A program made the translations under genes and the position numbers. The notes below the pieces were generated by a model that was given only the letters and a program-made list of their open reading frames with translations, made no database searches and was not told the origin of the DNA. From Planctomycetota bacterium (lineage in GTDB: Bacteria > Planctomycetota > UBA8108 > SXIK01): a stretch of DNA of 64,000 nucleotides. Shown here in pieces: positions 49,293 through 58,308 of this stretch (the first letter of the stretch is position 1; every line of letters begins with the position of its first letter). The DNA is taken from assembly GCA_965223845.1 (NCBI GenBank), contig CBDCXR010000004.1, forward strand, positions 3,776,001 through 3,840,000, read 5' to 3'.

Positions 49293-51011
49293 TCAATCGA
49301 TCCCGAGCTCGATCTGAAGCCGCTCGAGGAGGACGCGCTCGTACTCCGTCATGCTCGTCGCATCTGAACTCGCCGCTCTCGCCGCCTCGAGCGCTTCGTC
49401 GATGTTCCGAAGCTGTTGGTGAGCGATCGCGAGATAGAGGAGGTTCGCACCGGCGGGAAAGAGCTCGGCGGCGCGCGTGAGATTTGCGATCGCCTCTTCC
49501 TCGTCCGCACCGAGGCGGAACTGAATCCAACCGAGGGTGTTGAGGACGATGCCTTCGAGTTCGGCGGGATCGATGGATCCACCGAAACTCTCCCAAAACT
49601 CCGGACGGCGCCCTCGAACGAGGCGCAGAGCTTCGGTCGCAATCCTCTCGGCAGTGACGAGTTCATCGTCGTCCATCGCCATGAACCAAGCGAGGTTGTT
49701 CGCGTCGTGCGCGCGAGCGAGCCACTGTGCCTGCGCCTTTTTTCCGGCCTCGTATCGGTGGCGGTAGATCTCTACGATGGTCGCGCGCACTTTGGCTGCG
49801 CGCGTCTCGAACCGAACCGCGCGAAGCATGTCGTGAAGCACGAATCCGACTTCCGCTTTTGCCGTGCTCCCGAAGGCGTCCCAGATTCTGATCGCTTGGT
49901 CGAGCATTCGTTCGACCGTGCCTTCGAGCGCCTCGACCTCTTCCGGCGCCGCGTTCTCTGCGAGCGCATCGCGCAGCTCCTTTCGGGCTCGAATGGCCCG
50001 GTAGAGGGAGTCGCGGACGAAGTATTCGACGTACTCGGGAACTTCGGTCACATCGACGAGACGCCGCACCGACTCGAGATCCGCGTCGCCCCGGTGGAGC
50101 GCGGCCCGGAGAGGACGCCACTCGCGCCAAACCGGATGATGGACGGGAAAGACGGAGTAGGTTCCGAAGAGCACAAACGCCGCCCAAACGGCGACCGTCG
50201 CCGCGGCGCGTACGGGTCGAACGCTCGGGATCGCGCGAGCGAACGCGAGGAATCCGAGGACGGATCCCGTGACGAATCCCCCGAGGTGCGCGCTCGTCGC
50301 AATCCGAACCTCATCGCCCGCGAACGAACGTATGAGTGCGCCGGTGATGAAGTGGTCGGCGATGAGAATCGTCGGGACGATCAGGAAGTACCGGCCACGA
50401 ACGCGGAGTCGACCGTTCCGGACGTATCCGAACATGGCGACGAGCAACGCGCCGACGAGACCGTAGAGCGCACCCGACGCTCCGACTCCCAACCCCGAGG
50501 AAAACGCCTGGAACGCGAATCCGCCGCCGAGGGCACTCGCGAGGTAGAGCGTGAGGAATCGCGCGCGTCCGAGCCGAGGCTCGAGACGGATTCCGAACAG
50601 GTAGACGCCGAGCATGTTGAGGGCGATGTGCCCGAAGAACCCGTGCAGAAACGTCGCGGTGAGGATCCGCCAGTATTCGCCGTCCCAAACGCTGATCTGG
50701 AACTGCGCCCCGAGCTGCTCGATCGCCGGACTGCGCGCTTGGAGCCCGTAGACGATCACGTTCGCGAGGATGATCGCCATCGTGACCGGCGCGCGGCCGC
50801 GCCGGCGAGGCCTCTGCACGTCGCGACGCGGCGACGCCTCCTCGGAGAACGTGTCGGCCGAGCCGTCCTCGCTCGTCGGCGGCGAGCGATCGGTTCCGAG
50901 CGGTCCCGACGCGCGCGGCGAATGGATCTCGTGACTCTCGCGGCCGGGAACGGGCGGCGGAGTCGACGATCCCAGATGGAACTTCTCGTCCTCTCGCTCA
51001 GGCGCGGGCAT
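49293..51011 (-). CDS. Rhomboid intramembrane serine protease with a C-terminal TPR-like domain
   Basis: Motifs WRILT..FLH..HIALN, GASG (catalytic Ser) and AHLGG (catalytic His); NNLAW...NTLGW helical repeats. Confidence 0.88.
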   Translation of the reverse strand: MPAPEREDEKFHLGSSTPPPVPGRESHEIHSPRASGPLGTDRSPPTSEDGSADTFSEEASPRRDVQRPRRRGRAPVTMAIILANVIVYGLQARSPAIEQLGAQFQISVWDGEYWRILTATFLHGFFGHIALNMLGVYLFGIRLEPRLGRARFLTLYLASALGGGFAFQAFSSGLGVGASGALYGLVGALLVAMFGYVRNGRLRVRGRYFLIVPTILIADHFITGALIRSFAGDEVRIATSAHLGGFVTGSVLGFLAFARAIPSVRPVRAAATVAVWAAFVLFGTYSVFPVHHPVWREWRPLRAALHRGDADLESVRRLVDVTEVPEYVEYFVRDSLYRAIRARKELRDALAENAAPEEVEALEGTVERMLDQAIRIWDAFGSTAKAEVGFVLHDMLRAVRFETRAAKVRATIVEIYRHRYEAGKKAQAQWLARAHDANNLAWFMAMDDDELVTAERIATEALRLVRGRRPEFWESFGGSIDPAELEGIVLNTLGWIQFRLGADEEEAIANLTRAAELFPAGANLLYLAIAHQQLRNIDEALEAARAASSDATSMTEYERVLLERLQIELGID

Positions 51012-52479
51012 GCGAAGTCTCGCTCAACGATCCGCGGAGCTGGAGCTTCCGCCACACGTCCGGATGAAGAAGCGCCAGCACGGCGACGATTTCGAGACGT
51101 CCGACCCACATCGCGCCGGTGAGGACGAGCTTGCTCGCCGTGGGCAGGTCGGCAAAGTTCCCCATCGGTCCGACGCTCTGAAACCCCGGTCCGATGTTCC
51201 CGAGACACGCGAGCGATGCGGAAAACCCGGTGACGAGATCGCTCCCGAAGAGGACGAGGACCGATCCAACGAGAAGATAGCCGAGGAGGTAGAGTCCCCA
51301 GAGTGTGACCACCGCGCGCAGAATCTCCGTGGGAATCGTCCGCTCGCCGTAGCGGATCGGCAACACCGCACGAGGGTGCAGCACTCGCGTGAGCTCGCTC
51401 CAAAAAAGCTTGAGCACGAGAAGGAGTCGAATCGCTTTCGCACCGCCCGCCGCAGATCCAGCGCAGCCTCCCACGAGCATCACGAGCACGAGCAGCACCT
51501 TCGCCGAGTCGCCCCAGAGAGCGTAATCCGCGCTCGCGTAGCCGGTGCTTGAGATCAAGCTCGCCGACTGAAAGAGCCCTAGGCGCACGCGCTCCGCCAT
51601 CGACCCGCCATCGACGAGTGCGGCGACACCGAGACCGCCAAAGACCGCGACACCGATGTAGAAGAGAAACTCGCCATCGCGAAAGACGACGCTCGGGCGC
51701 TGCGTGAACGCTCGGTACTGGAGTGTAAAGCTCGCTCCCGCCAGCAACATAAAGACGATGATAATCCACTCTGCGGCGGGATTCTGGTATCCCGCGATCG
51801 ACTGCCCGTTCGGAGAGAATCCGCCGGCCGCGAGCGTCGTCAGGCTGTGGACGAACGCGTCGTAGGGCGACATCCCCGCGATGATGAGCGCAACCGTCTC
51901 GATGCCGGTGAGGATCGAGTAGAGCGCCCAGAGCCGCTGAGCGGTCGAGCGAATCTGCGGCGTGAGCGGCTCCGAAGCAGCGCCCGACGCCTCGGCGAAA
52001 AAGAGCTGGCGCCCGGCGATCCCGAGGCGCGGGAGAACCACGACGAAGAGCGCGATGACACCCAAGCCGCCGAACCACTGCGTCATCGCACGCCAGAGAA
52101 AAAACGCGCGCCCGTAGCGCGGATCATCGAAATCCCGCAGGATCGTCGCGCCCGTCGTCGTGAATCCCGACATCGACTCGAAGAACGCATCGACGATCGG
52201 GAGACCGGAAAAGATGAAGGGCAGAGAGCCGATGAGAGCGACGACGAGCCAGGTCCCCGAGACGACTCCCATCGCCTCGCTGCGGCGAAAGACGGAGACT
52301 CTACGGTAGCCGAGACTGAACAGAACGCCGATCGTCAACGCCGCGGCGAGTGCGATGGCAAACTGACCGACCGACGCCCACTCGCGATCGTACGCCGCGA
52401 GTAGCATCGGAAGGACGAAGGCGACGCTGAAGTAGCGAAGAAGGTGACCGATGACGCCGAGAACGAGGAGGATGCGCAC
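50998..52479 (-). CDS. trkH: Trk potassium uptake membrane subunit
   Basis: Four pore loops TTTGAT, AAGGF, SSTGY and GNIGPG; also GSAAGGAK and GRLE. Confidence 0.94.
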   Translation of the reverse strand: MRILLVLGVIGHLLRYFSVAFVLPMLLAAYDREWASVGQFAIALAAALTIGVLFSLGYRRVSVFRRSEAMGVVSGTWLVVALIGSLPFIFSGLPIVDAFFESMSGFTTTGATILRDFDDPRYGRAFFLWRAMTQWFGGLGVIALFVVVLPRLGIAGRQLFFAEASGAASEPLTPQIRSTAQRLWALYSILTGIETVALIIAGMSPYDAFVHSLTTLAAGGFSPNGQSIAGYQNPAAEWIIIVFMLLAGASFTLQYRAFTQRPSVVFRDGEFLFYIGVAVFGGLGVAALVDGGSMAERVRLGLFQSASLISSTGYASADYALWGDSAKVLLVLVMLVGGCAGSAAGGAKAIRLLLVLKLFWSELTRVLHPRAVLPIRYGERTIPTEILRAVVTLWGLYLLGYLLVGSVLVLFGSDLVTGFSASLACLGNIGPGFQSVGPMGNFADLPTASKLVLTGAMWVGRLEIVAVLALLHPDVWRKLQLRGSLSETSHARA

Positions 52480-52652
52480 GGCTAGAAGCTCGCTCCACGG
52501 GCGCCCCGGGCCGGACGCCGGTGGATCCGCCGCGACGGTCGTCGCTGCGCGCGCGCGCCATCGCGACGACTCGCGAGACGGAGCGAGCTCGACGTGGAGG
52601 GGACCGACCGTCGTTCAATGCGAATCGATGGGCTCACCGTGCTCACGACTCC

Positions 52653-53996
52653 TCACACCGTCCGACTCAGGAAGAAATTCCGCGCTTCTTCCTCGAACTC
52701 GCGCGTGCAAAAGAGAAGAACTCGATCGTCCGCGAGGATCTCGTCGCTTCCCTTCGGAATGATGACGTCGGCACCGCGAAGGATCGCGCCGACGATCACG
52801 AACTCCGGGACCTTCAGCGAAAAGAGCGGGGTCCCCGGATAGTCGCTCGGGAGTCGCACCTCGAGCACCATCGCGTCGCCGTGCTCGAGCTCGGCGAGAA
52901 GCTCCGTGCCGGAATCGGAGATGCACTTGAGCACACTCCGGATCGCCGCGCCGCCCGCCGAACGCACGACGTCGATGCCGACGCGCTCGAACAGGCGCTC
53001 GTTCGCTTGCGAACCCGCGCGCGTGACGATTCGAGGCACGTTGAGCTGCTTCGCGAGCAACGAGACGAGGAGATTCTTCTCGTCGTTCGACATCACCGCG
53101 ATGAGGACGCTGGCGTCCGCGATGCGCTCCTCTTCGAGGAGATCGATGTCGGCCCCGTCGCCGTGGAGGACGAGAGAATTGAGCACGCGAGCCACTTCTT
53201 CGCAGCGCGTGCGATCCGACTCGATCAACTTCACCTGCCAGCCGGCGTCTTCCATTCCCAGCGCGACCGCCAATCCGACCTCGCCCCCGCCGACGACGGT
53301 CGCCCGGCGCGCATCGCGCGAGCCGTTCTCCGATTTCAAGTATTTGAAGAGGAGCCGGTTCATGTCACCGGGGTTTCCCATCGCGGTGATCTTGTCGCCG
53401 GGCTGGAACTCCGTGTTGCCCTTCGGGATGAAGATCTCGTCGCCCCGACGAGCCATCACGAGGACGACTCCGCTCGGCACTCCGACTTCCATGAGCCGTC
53501 CGCGCGTGACCGGAGCGCCCTCCTCGACGGCGTGCCGGAACAACTTGACCTTTCCGCCGACGAACGCCTCGACGTCGAGTGCACCCGGGACCGCGACGAT
53601 CCGCAGGATCTCCTTCGCGAGTTGCTCCGCCGGCCGGAGCACGTGATCGATGCCGAGCGATTCTGCGAGCGCGGCCGCGCTCCCGACCGCGCCGTGAAAG
53701 TCCGATCGGAAGAGGAGGCAGATCGTTTTCTCCACGCCGAGCCGCTTCGCGACCACGCAGGCGACGAGATTCTGCTCGTCGTGAGCCGAACACGCGATGA
53801 AGACGTCCGCGCTCGCGATCCTCGCGCGGTGGAGAGTCTCCGTCGACGAGATCAGCCCCGGGACCGTCTCGACATCGAGTCGATCGAATCTCCCGCCGCT
53901 TTCCTTCGACGTGACGAGGACGACGCCGTGGTCGGTCATCGTCGCCTCCGCGATGCGGAAGGCGATCTCGTCGTCTCCAGCGATGACGATATTCAT
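52653..53996 (-). CDS. trkA: Trk potassium uptake regulatory subunit (two RCK domains)
   Basis: DEQNL..C..AK, IFIPKG, second Rossmann motif VGGGEVG, LHGDG and DEKNL; upstream of trkH. Confidence 0.9.
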   Translation of the reverse strand: MNIVIAGDDEIAFRIAEATMTDHGVVLVTSKESGGRFDRLDVETVPGLISSTETLHRARIASADVFIACSAHDEQNLVACVVAKRLGVEKTICLLFRSDFHGAVGSAAALAESLGIDHVLRPAEQLAKEILRIVAVPGALDVEAFVGGKVKLFRHAVEEGAPVTRGRLMEVGVPSGVVLVMARRGDEIFIPKGNTEFQPGDKITAMGNPGDMNRLLFKYLKSENGSRDARRATVVGGGEVGLAVALGMEDAGWQVKLIESDRTRCEEVARVLNSLVLHGDGADIDLLEEERIADASVLIAVMSNDEKNLLVSLLAKQLNVPRIVTRAGSQANERLFERVGIDVVRSAGGAAIRSVLKCISDSGTELLAELEHGDAMVLEVRLPSDYPGTPLFSLKVPEFVIVGAILRGADVIIPKGSDEILADDRVLLFCTREFEEEARNFFLSRTV

Positions 53997-54122
53997 GGGC
54001 TACGAATGCGCACGGTCGGTGCTCGGACTCGGCGGCGGGTTCCCGAACGGTCGGCTCTCGTCGCCCGGCGGGAGCGAGCGAGGGCTCGGGTACACGTGGC
54101 CCGTCACGTTTTCGGAACAGAG

Positions 54123-54151
54123 ACGGTAGGAGACGTCCCAAACCCTGTCAA
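54123..54151 (-). promoter_or_regulatory. Sigma70 promoter of trkA
   Basis: Minus strand TTGACA-N17-TACCGT. Confidence 0.65.
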
Positions 54152-54265
54152 GCGCCCTCGGCTCACGCCGGACCCGAGCACGGGAGTCCCACCCTCCTTC
54201 TTCGGCGGCCGCCATCTGCTCGCTTGAACCGATCGTCGGGTCTCACCGCTTCGAACCGCACCCGA

Positions 54266-55705
54266 TCAAGCGAGGAAGCCGAGAGGAGCGAAGTACCCGT
54301 CGCGATCGTCGGCCGCGAGACGCCCGTAGCCGGGAATGATCTCGCCGATCCTGGACGCCGGATCCCCGAGATGTTGCGTGAGGATCTCGTGGTAGACCGC
54401 GCGAAAATCCGTGCGGTGCGCCAGATACCGGCCGTTTGCGGTGGAGAAGAGATCGCCGTTCTCCCAGCGGTCCGGAGAACAGTTGTAGACGCCCCCGCGC
54501 ACTCCGCCTCCGAGGGCGAACAGACAGGCGGCCTCGCCGTGATCGGTCCCCCCGTTCGCGTTCTGGAGCGATGTGCGGCCGAATTCCGTCAGGGTGACGA
54601 TCAGGACGTCGTTCCAGATCGGCTTCAAGTCGAAGTAGAGCGCCGTGAGCGCCGCGCCGAGATCGCGAAGAAGTCGAGGAAACGCGGTGACCTGATTCCC
54701 GTGCGTATCGTAGTTCCCTTGGTTGCAGCCCGTGATCTGCAGTCCGTCGACCTGCTTGAGGAGCCGCGCGCAGTCCGCTACGAATCCCGCAAACGCTCGG
54801 TCGCTGATGGCAGCGTAGTGCGGCACGGCGTTCGGCTCCGGATCGTACGGCGCCTCGCGGACGTGAGTCTCGAAGAACTCGAGACTCTCGAGCAGGGTAC
54901 GCCCGGTCGAGTAGGCGAGCGTCTCGTATGGGATCGTCCGCGTAAGACTTCGACCGTACGCGCCCTTGAGGCCGGATCCGATCGGCGGCGCAGCGTTCGG
55001 AAACTCGCCGAGCGGCACTCCGGCGGGGAGGGCGTAGTCGGCGACGGAGCGCAAGACCGGAACGAGGGTCGGTCCCTTCATGAGAACGACTTGGTTGCCG
55101 CTGAGTGTCGCGGCGCGCATCGGGTTCGCAGGATCAGGATACGCCGTCAGGTAGCGGTTGAACACGCCGTCCTCGCGTGTCGTCTCGCCCGGGAGGCCAT
55201 TCTCCCAAAACTGCTGGCTCGAAAAGTGCGAGCGGTTCTGCTCGGCGTAGCCGACGCGGTGAAGAACAGCGAGCTGCGGCCCGCGTTCGTCGAGCCGACC
55301 ATGAAAGATATCAGCGAGCCGCGGTGCGCCGTCGCCCGACTCATCGACCGTCGGGTAGAAGTGAGCGAATCCGTTGAGATCGTGCGTCCGCGCCCGGTCC
55401 GGACGGAGCTGTGGACGTGCCTCCTCGAACGTCGGCGCACGCCCGGAGATCCCGGGGTCGCCGTAAGGAATCACCGCCTGGACGCCGTCGAGTCCTCCGC
55501 GAAGGAAGATGAAGAGGATCTTCTTCCGCCTCCCGGCGGGATCGACCGCCGCTGGCTCGCCCGCAAGAGCCGTACCGATCGTCCGGTGAAAAGGCGCCGG
55601 AACGCCGAAGCCCAACGCGGCGAGAGACGCCGCACTCCAGCGGCAGAATCTGCGCCGACCGAATCGACGAAGCGGATTCCAGATTCGTTCTTCAGATGAA
55701 TTCAT
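54266..55705 (-). CDS. DUF1501 family protein with a twin-arginine signal
   Basis: GRRRFCRW followed by a hydrophobic stretch; motifs IFLRGGLDG...PYGD, NRSHFSSQ, YDTHGNQ, TEFGRT..NANGGTDHG and DFRAVY. Confidence 0.9.
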   Translation of the reverse strand: MNSSEERIWNPLRRFGRRRFCRWSAASLAALGFGVPAPFHRTIGTALAGEPAAVDPAGRRKKILFIFLRGGLDGVQAVIPYGDPGISGRAPTFEEARPQLRPDRARTHDLNGFAHFYPTVDESGDGAPRLADIFHGRLDERGPQLAVLHRVGYAEQNRSHFSSQQFWENGLPGETTREDGVFNRYLTAYPDPANPMRAATLSGNQVVLMKGPTLVPVLRSVADYALPAGVPLGEFPNAAPPIGSGLKGAYGRSLTRTIPYETLAYSTGRTLLESLEFFETHVREAPYDPEPNAVPHYAAISDRAFAGFVADCARLLKQVDGLQITGCNQGNYDTHGNQVTAFPRLLRDLGAALTALYFDLKPIWNDVLIVTLTEFGRTSLQNANGGTDHGEAACLFALGGGVRGGVYNCSPDRWENGDLFSTANGRYLAHRTDFRAVYHEILTQHLGDPASRIGEIIPGYGRLAADDRDGYFAPLGFLA

Positions 55706-58131
55706 TGGAGCTGAAATTGAGGCAAACTAGCGAGGAATGCGGTCACGGCGCGGACGCGATCGACGGCTCCCGCTTCGCGGTAGATCTCGAGCGCGAGCTC
55801 GCGATGCTCGACGGGGAGGGCTTGGCCGTGGAGGAGGAGCGCGAAAAACTCGACCACTCGCTCCCCGCTGTCGAGCGCCCACTGCCGCTGAAACGAGAGC
55901 GGATTCCACACGAACCGCCGATCGGCCGGAGACCCGGGGTGGATTCCGCGGCTGAGATACTTGAGCCGCTCGAGGAGTCCGATCGTGTGCATCCAGTCGA
56001 AGCCGAGCTCCGACTCCCCCGTCGGATCGGCGAACTCGAAGAGCTCCATTCCCGCGAGAGTGAGCTCTCGCGACGCGCGAATTCCGTCGTTGACGCTCAA
56101 GCCTCCGTCTAGCGCCCGTACCGCGCTCACAATCGTCTCGAGCGGTGTCTTTACCTTGGCGCAGGCGTACTCGAGGCTCAGGAACTCGTCCGAGCGAAGG
56201 ATCGTCCGCACGACCTCGCGCAAGTCTCCGTTCGAGTGCGCCCACGCGTCGATGACGTCGACGAGAAGATCCGGCTCTTGGTACTCGCGCGGAGAGATTC
56301 GCTCGTCCGCGTTCGTGTCGAGTCGGCGAAAGACCGCGAGCGGTCTCCCATTCGGAAGAACGAGCGGGATCGGCATCTCCCACTCGTCGAGATCGAGCAA
56401 TCCGTCACCATCGGAATCGACGCTCTCGAAGTGCGCAGCGAGCTCGGCGCGGAGAGGGTATGTGCGAGGAAGAGCGGAAAGATCGTCCGTCACGAAGAGC
56501 TGGATCAGCTTCGTTCCGACGAACTTCGCCGTGTCGCGGAAATGCGCGATTCGTCGCAAGACGAGGTCGAACTCCTCGACCGCCCGCTCCGGCGTCCGCT
56601 GATCTTCGTTGGCGGGAATCGTGAGCGCCGCCCGCGGCGGAACGGGGTTCCCGAGCGAGTCGACGCCCCCGTAGCGCGGGAGGAACAGATCTTTTCGCCC
56701 CCAATCGTGGCCGCCGTCTCGGAGTCCGGGATGGCCGAACGCGAAGGCCCACACGTACGTCCCGTCGTCCCAATTCGCCCGCGCCGGGAAGGCAAACGGC
56801 CGAGGCTCGCGCCCATCGATCGGGAATCGCGGGAGGTCGGGCTGGTCGTGAAAGCCGATGTCGTGCGGAAAAAAATGCCGCCGCTCGACCCACGCGACCG
56901 TCCAGCCCGTAAGGATGCGCGAGAGCTCCTCGATGTCGCGCTGAGTGTACAGATGGTCCACGCCGAGCGTCGACAGCTCAAGCACTTCGCGCGCGTAGTT
57001 CTCATTCGGGGCTGCGGCGGTATTCTCGAAGCCGTTCAAGTAGATGAGCATCGCAACGCTCTTCGCCGAACCTTCGACGAGATCCGCAAAGCTCCCGAGC
57101 GCGTGACGCCGAAAGTACTCGTACTCTCGGCGCTCCATGTCCGCGGCGACAGCGAGCTGAGCGGCGCCGGTTCCGTACTTCCAGTACGCGACCGGAGCGA
57201 ACTCGAACTCGGCGGGACTCAGCGTGCCGTCGGCCGTCGAGCGACCGAACTCCGCGAAGCTACGCACACCGGGATGCGCCGCGCGAAACTCACTCCACTC
57301 GCCGGCGTCGATCGTGCCGGAGCCGTCGCCATCGACGTGCCGAAACAGCTCCGCCGAACCGCGCGCGGCGACCCCCCCGCGTCGCATCCGTCCAAAAAAG
57401 AGGTCGCGGAGGGTCGTGATCTGAGTGTGAAAGTGGTTGTTCCAAAACAGCGCGAGGACGTGGAGCAGCTGCCACCGGCTCGAACGCGCGTTTTCGATCA
57501 GCATCGCTTCGAGGCGCTCGATGGGCGCGCCCGACACCGGATCGCGAAAGCCGATGCGGAGACGATCGATGCGCTGCGCGAGCTCGGGTTCGTGGCCGAC
57601 CGGATCGTAGTCGACCGGGGGGCGCAGCTGATCCTCGATATACCGCTCGAGATCGGCGCGCGTTTGAATCCGGGCGAGCAACTCCTCGTTTGGGCCGAAC
57701 GTGATTCTTCTCAGTGCATGAGCGATGAGCGCGGTGTCGTCCGGGCACAGCTCGTACTTCGAGCAGCCTAGGTACCCAGAGTTGCGATCGACGCCGCAGG
57801 CGACCGGCCCCGGAGGAGCGGGCGGTGGCAGGTCGCCGAAGAGATGGCCGAGGAGATAGAGCGCATCGGAAATGTCGACGCCATCGTCGTCGTTCGCGTT
57901 GGCGGCTTCGACGCACGTCCCGCGACGGCTCTCCGCGAAGAGTGCGTTCAACACGAAGATCGGATCGGCGACGTTGACCGCACCGTCTGCGTTGGCGTCG
58001 CCGCGGCGAAACTGAACCCGGCGAACGAAGGAATCTCCGAGCGTCGCGACCAACGGAAGGAGCGTCAAGCAGGTGACGCGCGCCGCGACCGCCAACCCTC
58101 CCCCGAACATCCTCTGTCGCTGCTCGCGCAT
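55702..58131 (-). CDS. DUF1800 family protein with an N-terminal dockerin-like module and two inserted EF-hand pairs
   Basis: DUF1800 motifs HALRRITFGP, FWNNHF, AMLIYLNG, PNENYAREVLELSTLG, YTQRDIEELSRILTGW and KVKTPLE; FRRGDANADG module; EF-hand loops. The start could also be 58110 or 58167. Confidence 0.9.
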   Translation of the reverse strand: MREQRQRMFGGGLAVAARVTCLTLLPLVATLGDSFVRRVQFRRGDANADGAVNVADPIFVLNALFAESRRGTCVEAANANDDDGVDISDALYLLGHLFGDLPPPAPPGPVACGVDRNSGYLGCSKYELCPDDTALIAHALRRITFGPNEELLARIQTRADLERYIEDQLRPPVDYDPVGHEPELAQRIDRLRIGFRDPVSGAPIERLEAMLIENARSSRWQLLHVLALFWNNHFHTQITTLRDLFFGRMRRGGVAARGSAELFRHVDGDGSGTIDAGEWSEFRAAHPGVRSFAEFGRSTADGTLSPAEFEFAPVAYWKYGTGAAQLAVAADMERREYEYFRRHALGSFADLVEGSAKSVAMLIYLNGFENTAAAPNENYAREVLELSTLGVDHLYTQRDIEELSRILTGWTVAWVERRHFFPHDIGFHDQPDLPRFPIDGREPRPFAFPARANWDDGTYVWAFAFGHPGLRDGGHDWGRKDLFLPRYGGVDSLGNPVPPRAALTIPANEDQRTPERAVEEFDLVLRRIAHFRDTAKFVGTKLIQLFVTDDLSALPRTYPLRAELAAHFESVDSDGDGLLDLDEWEMPIPLVLPNGRPLAVFRRLDTNADERISPREYQEPDLLVDVIDAWAHSNGDLREVVRTILRSDEFLSLEYACAKVKTPLETIVSAVRALDGGLSVNDGIRASRELTLAGMELFEFADPTGESELGFDWMHTIGLLERLKYLSRGIHPGSPADRRFVWNPLSFQRQWALDSGERVVEFFALLLHGQALPVEHRELALEIYREAGAVDRVRAVTAFLASLPQFQLQ

Positions 58132-58308
58132 TCGAGTTTCGTCTCTCGCTTCGCCGGCCGATGGCACCGGTGATCTAACCGCGCATCCTCCGTCTTTCTT
58201 GTACCCGAGAACGATCTCTCGTGCGCCTCCGAACCGCGCGCGACCTTGGCTCGGGTCGGAACTCGTGAGACGATGGCGAGAACGAAACGGCTCCGAGTTC
58301 CATCGACA

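Noticed and set aside
53997-54120. c-di-AMP (ydaO) riboswitch in the trkA leader
   Set aside because: The conserved GCUGAAUC and GGGGUGAAUC elements are absent.
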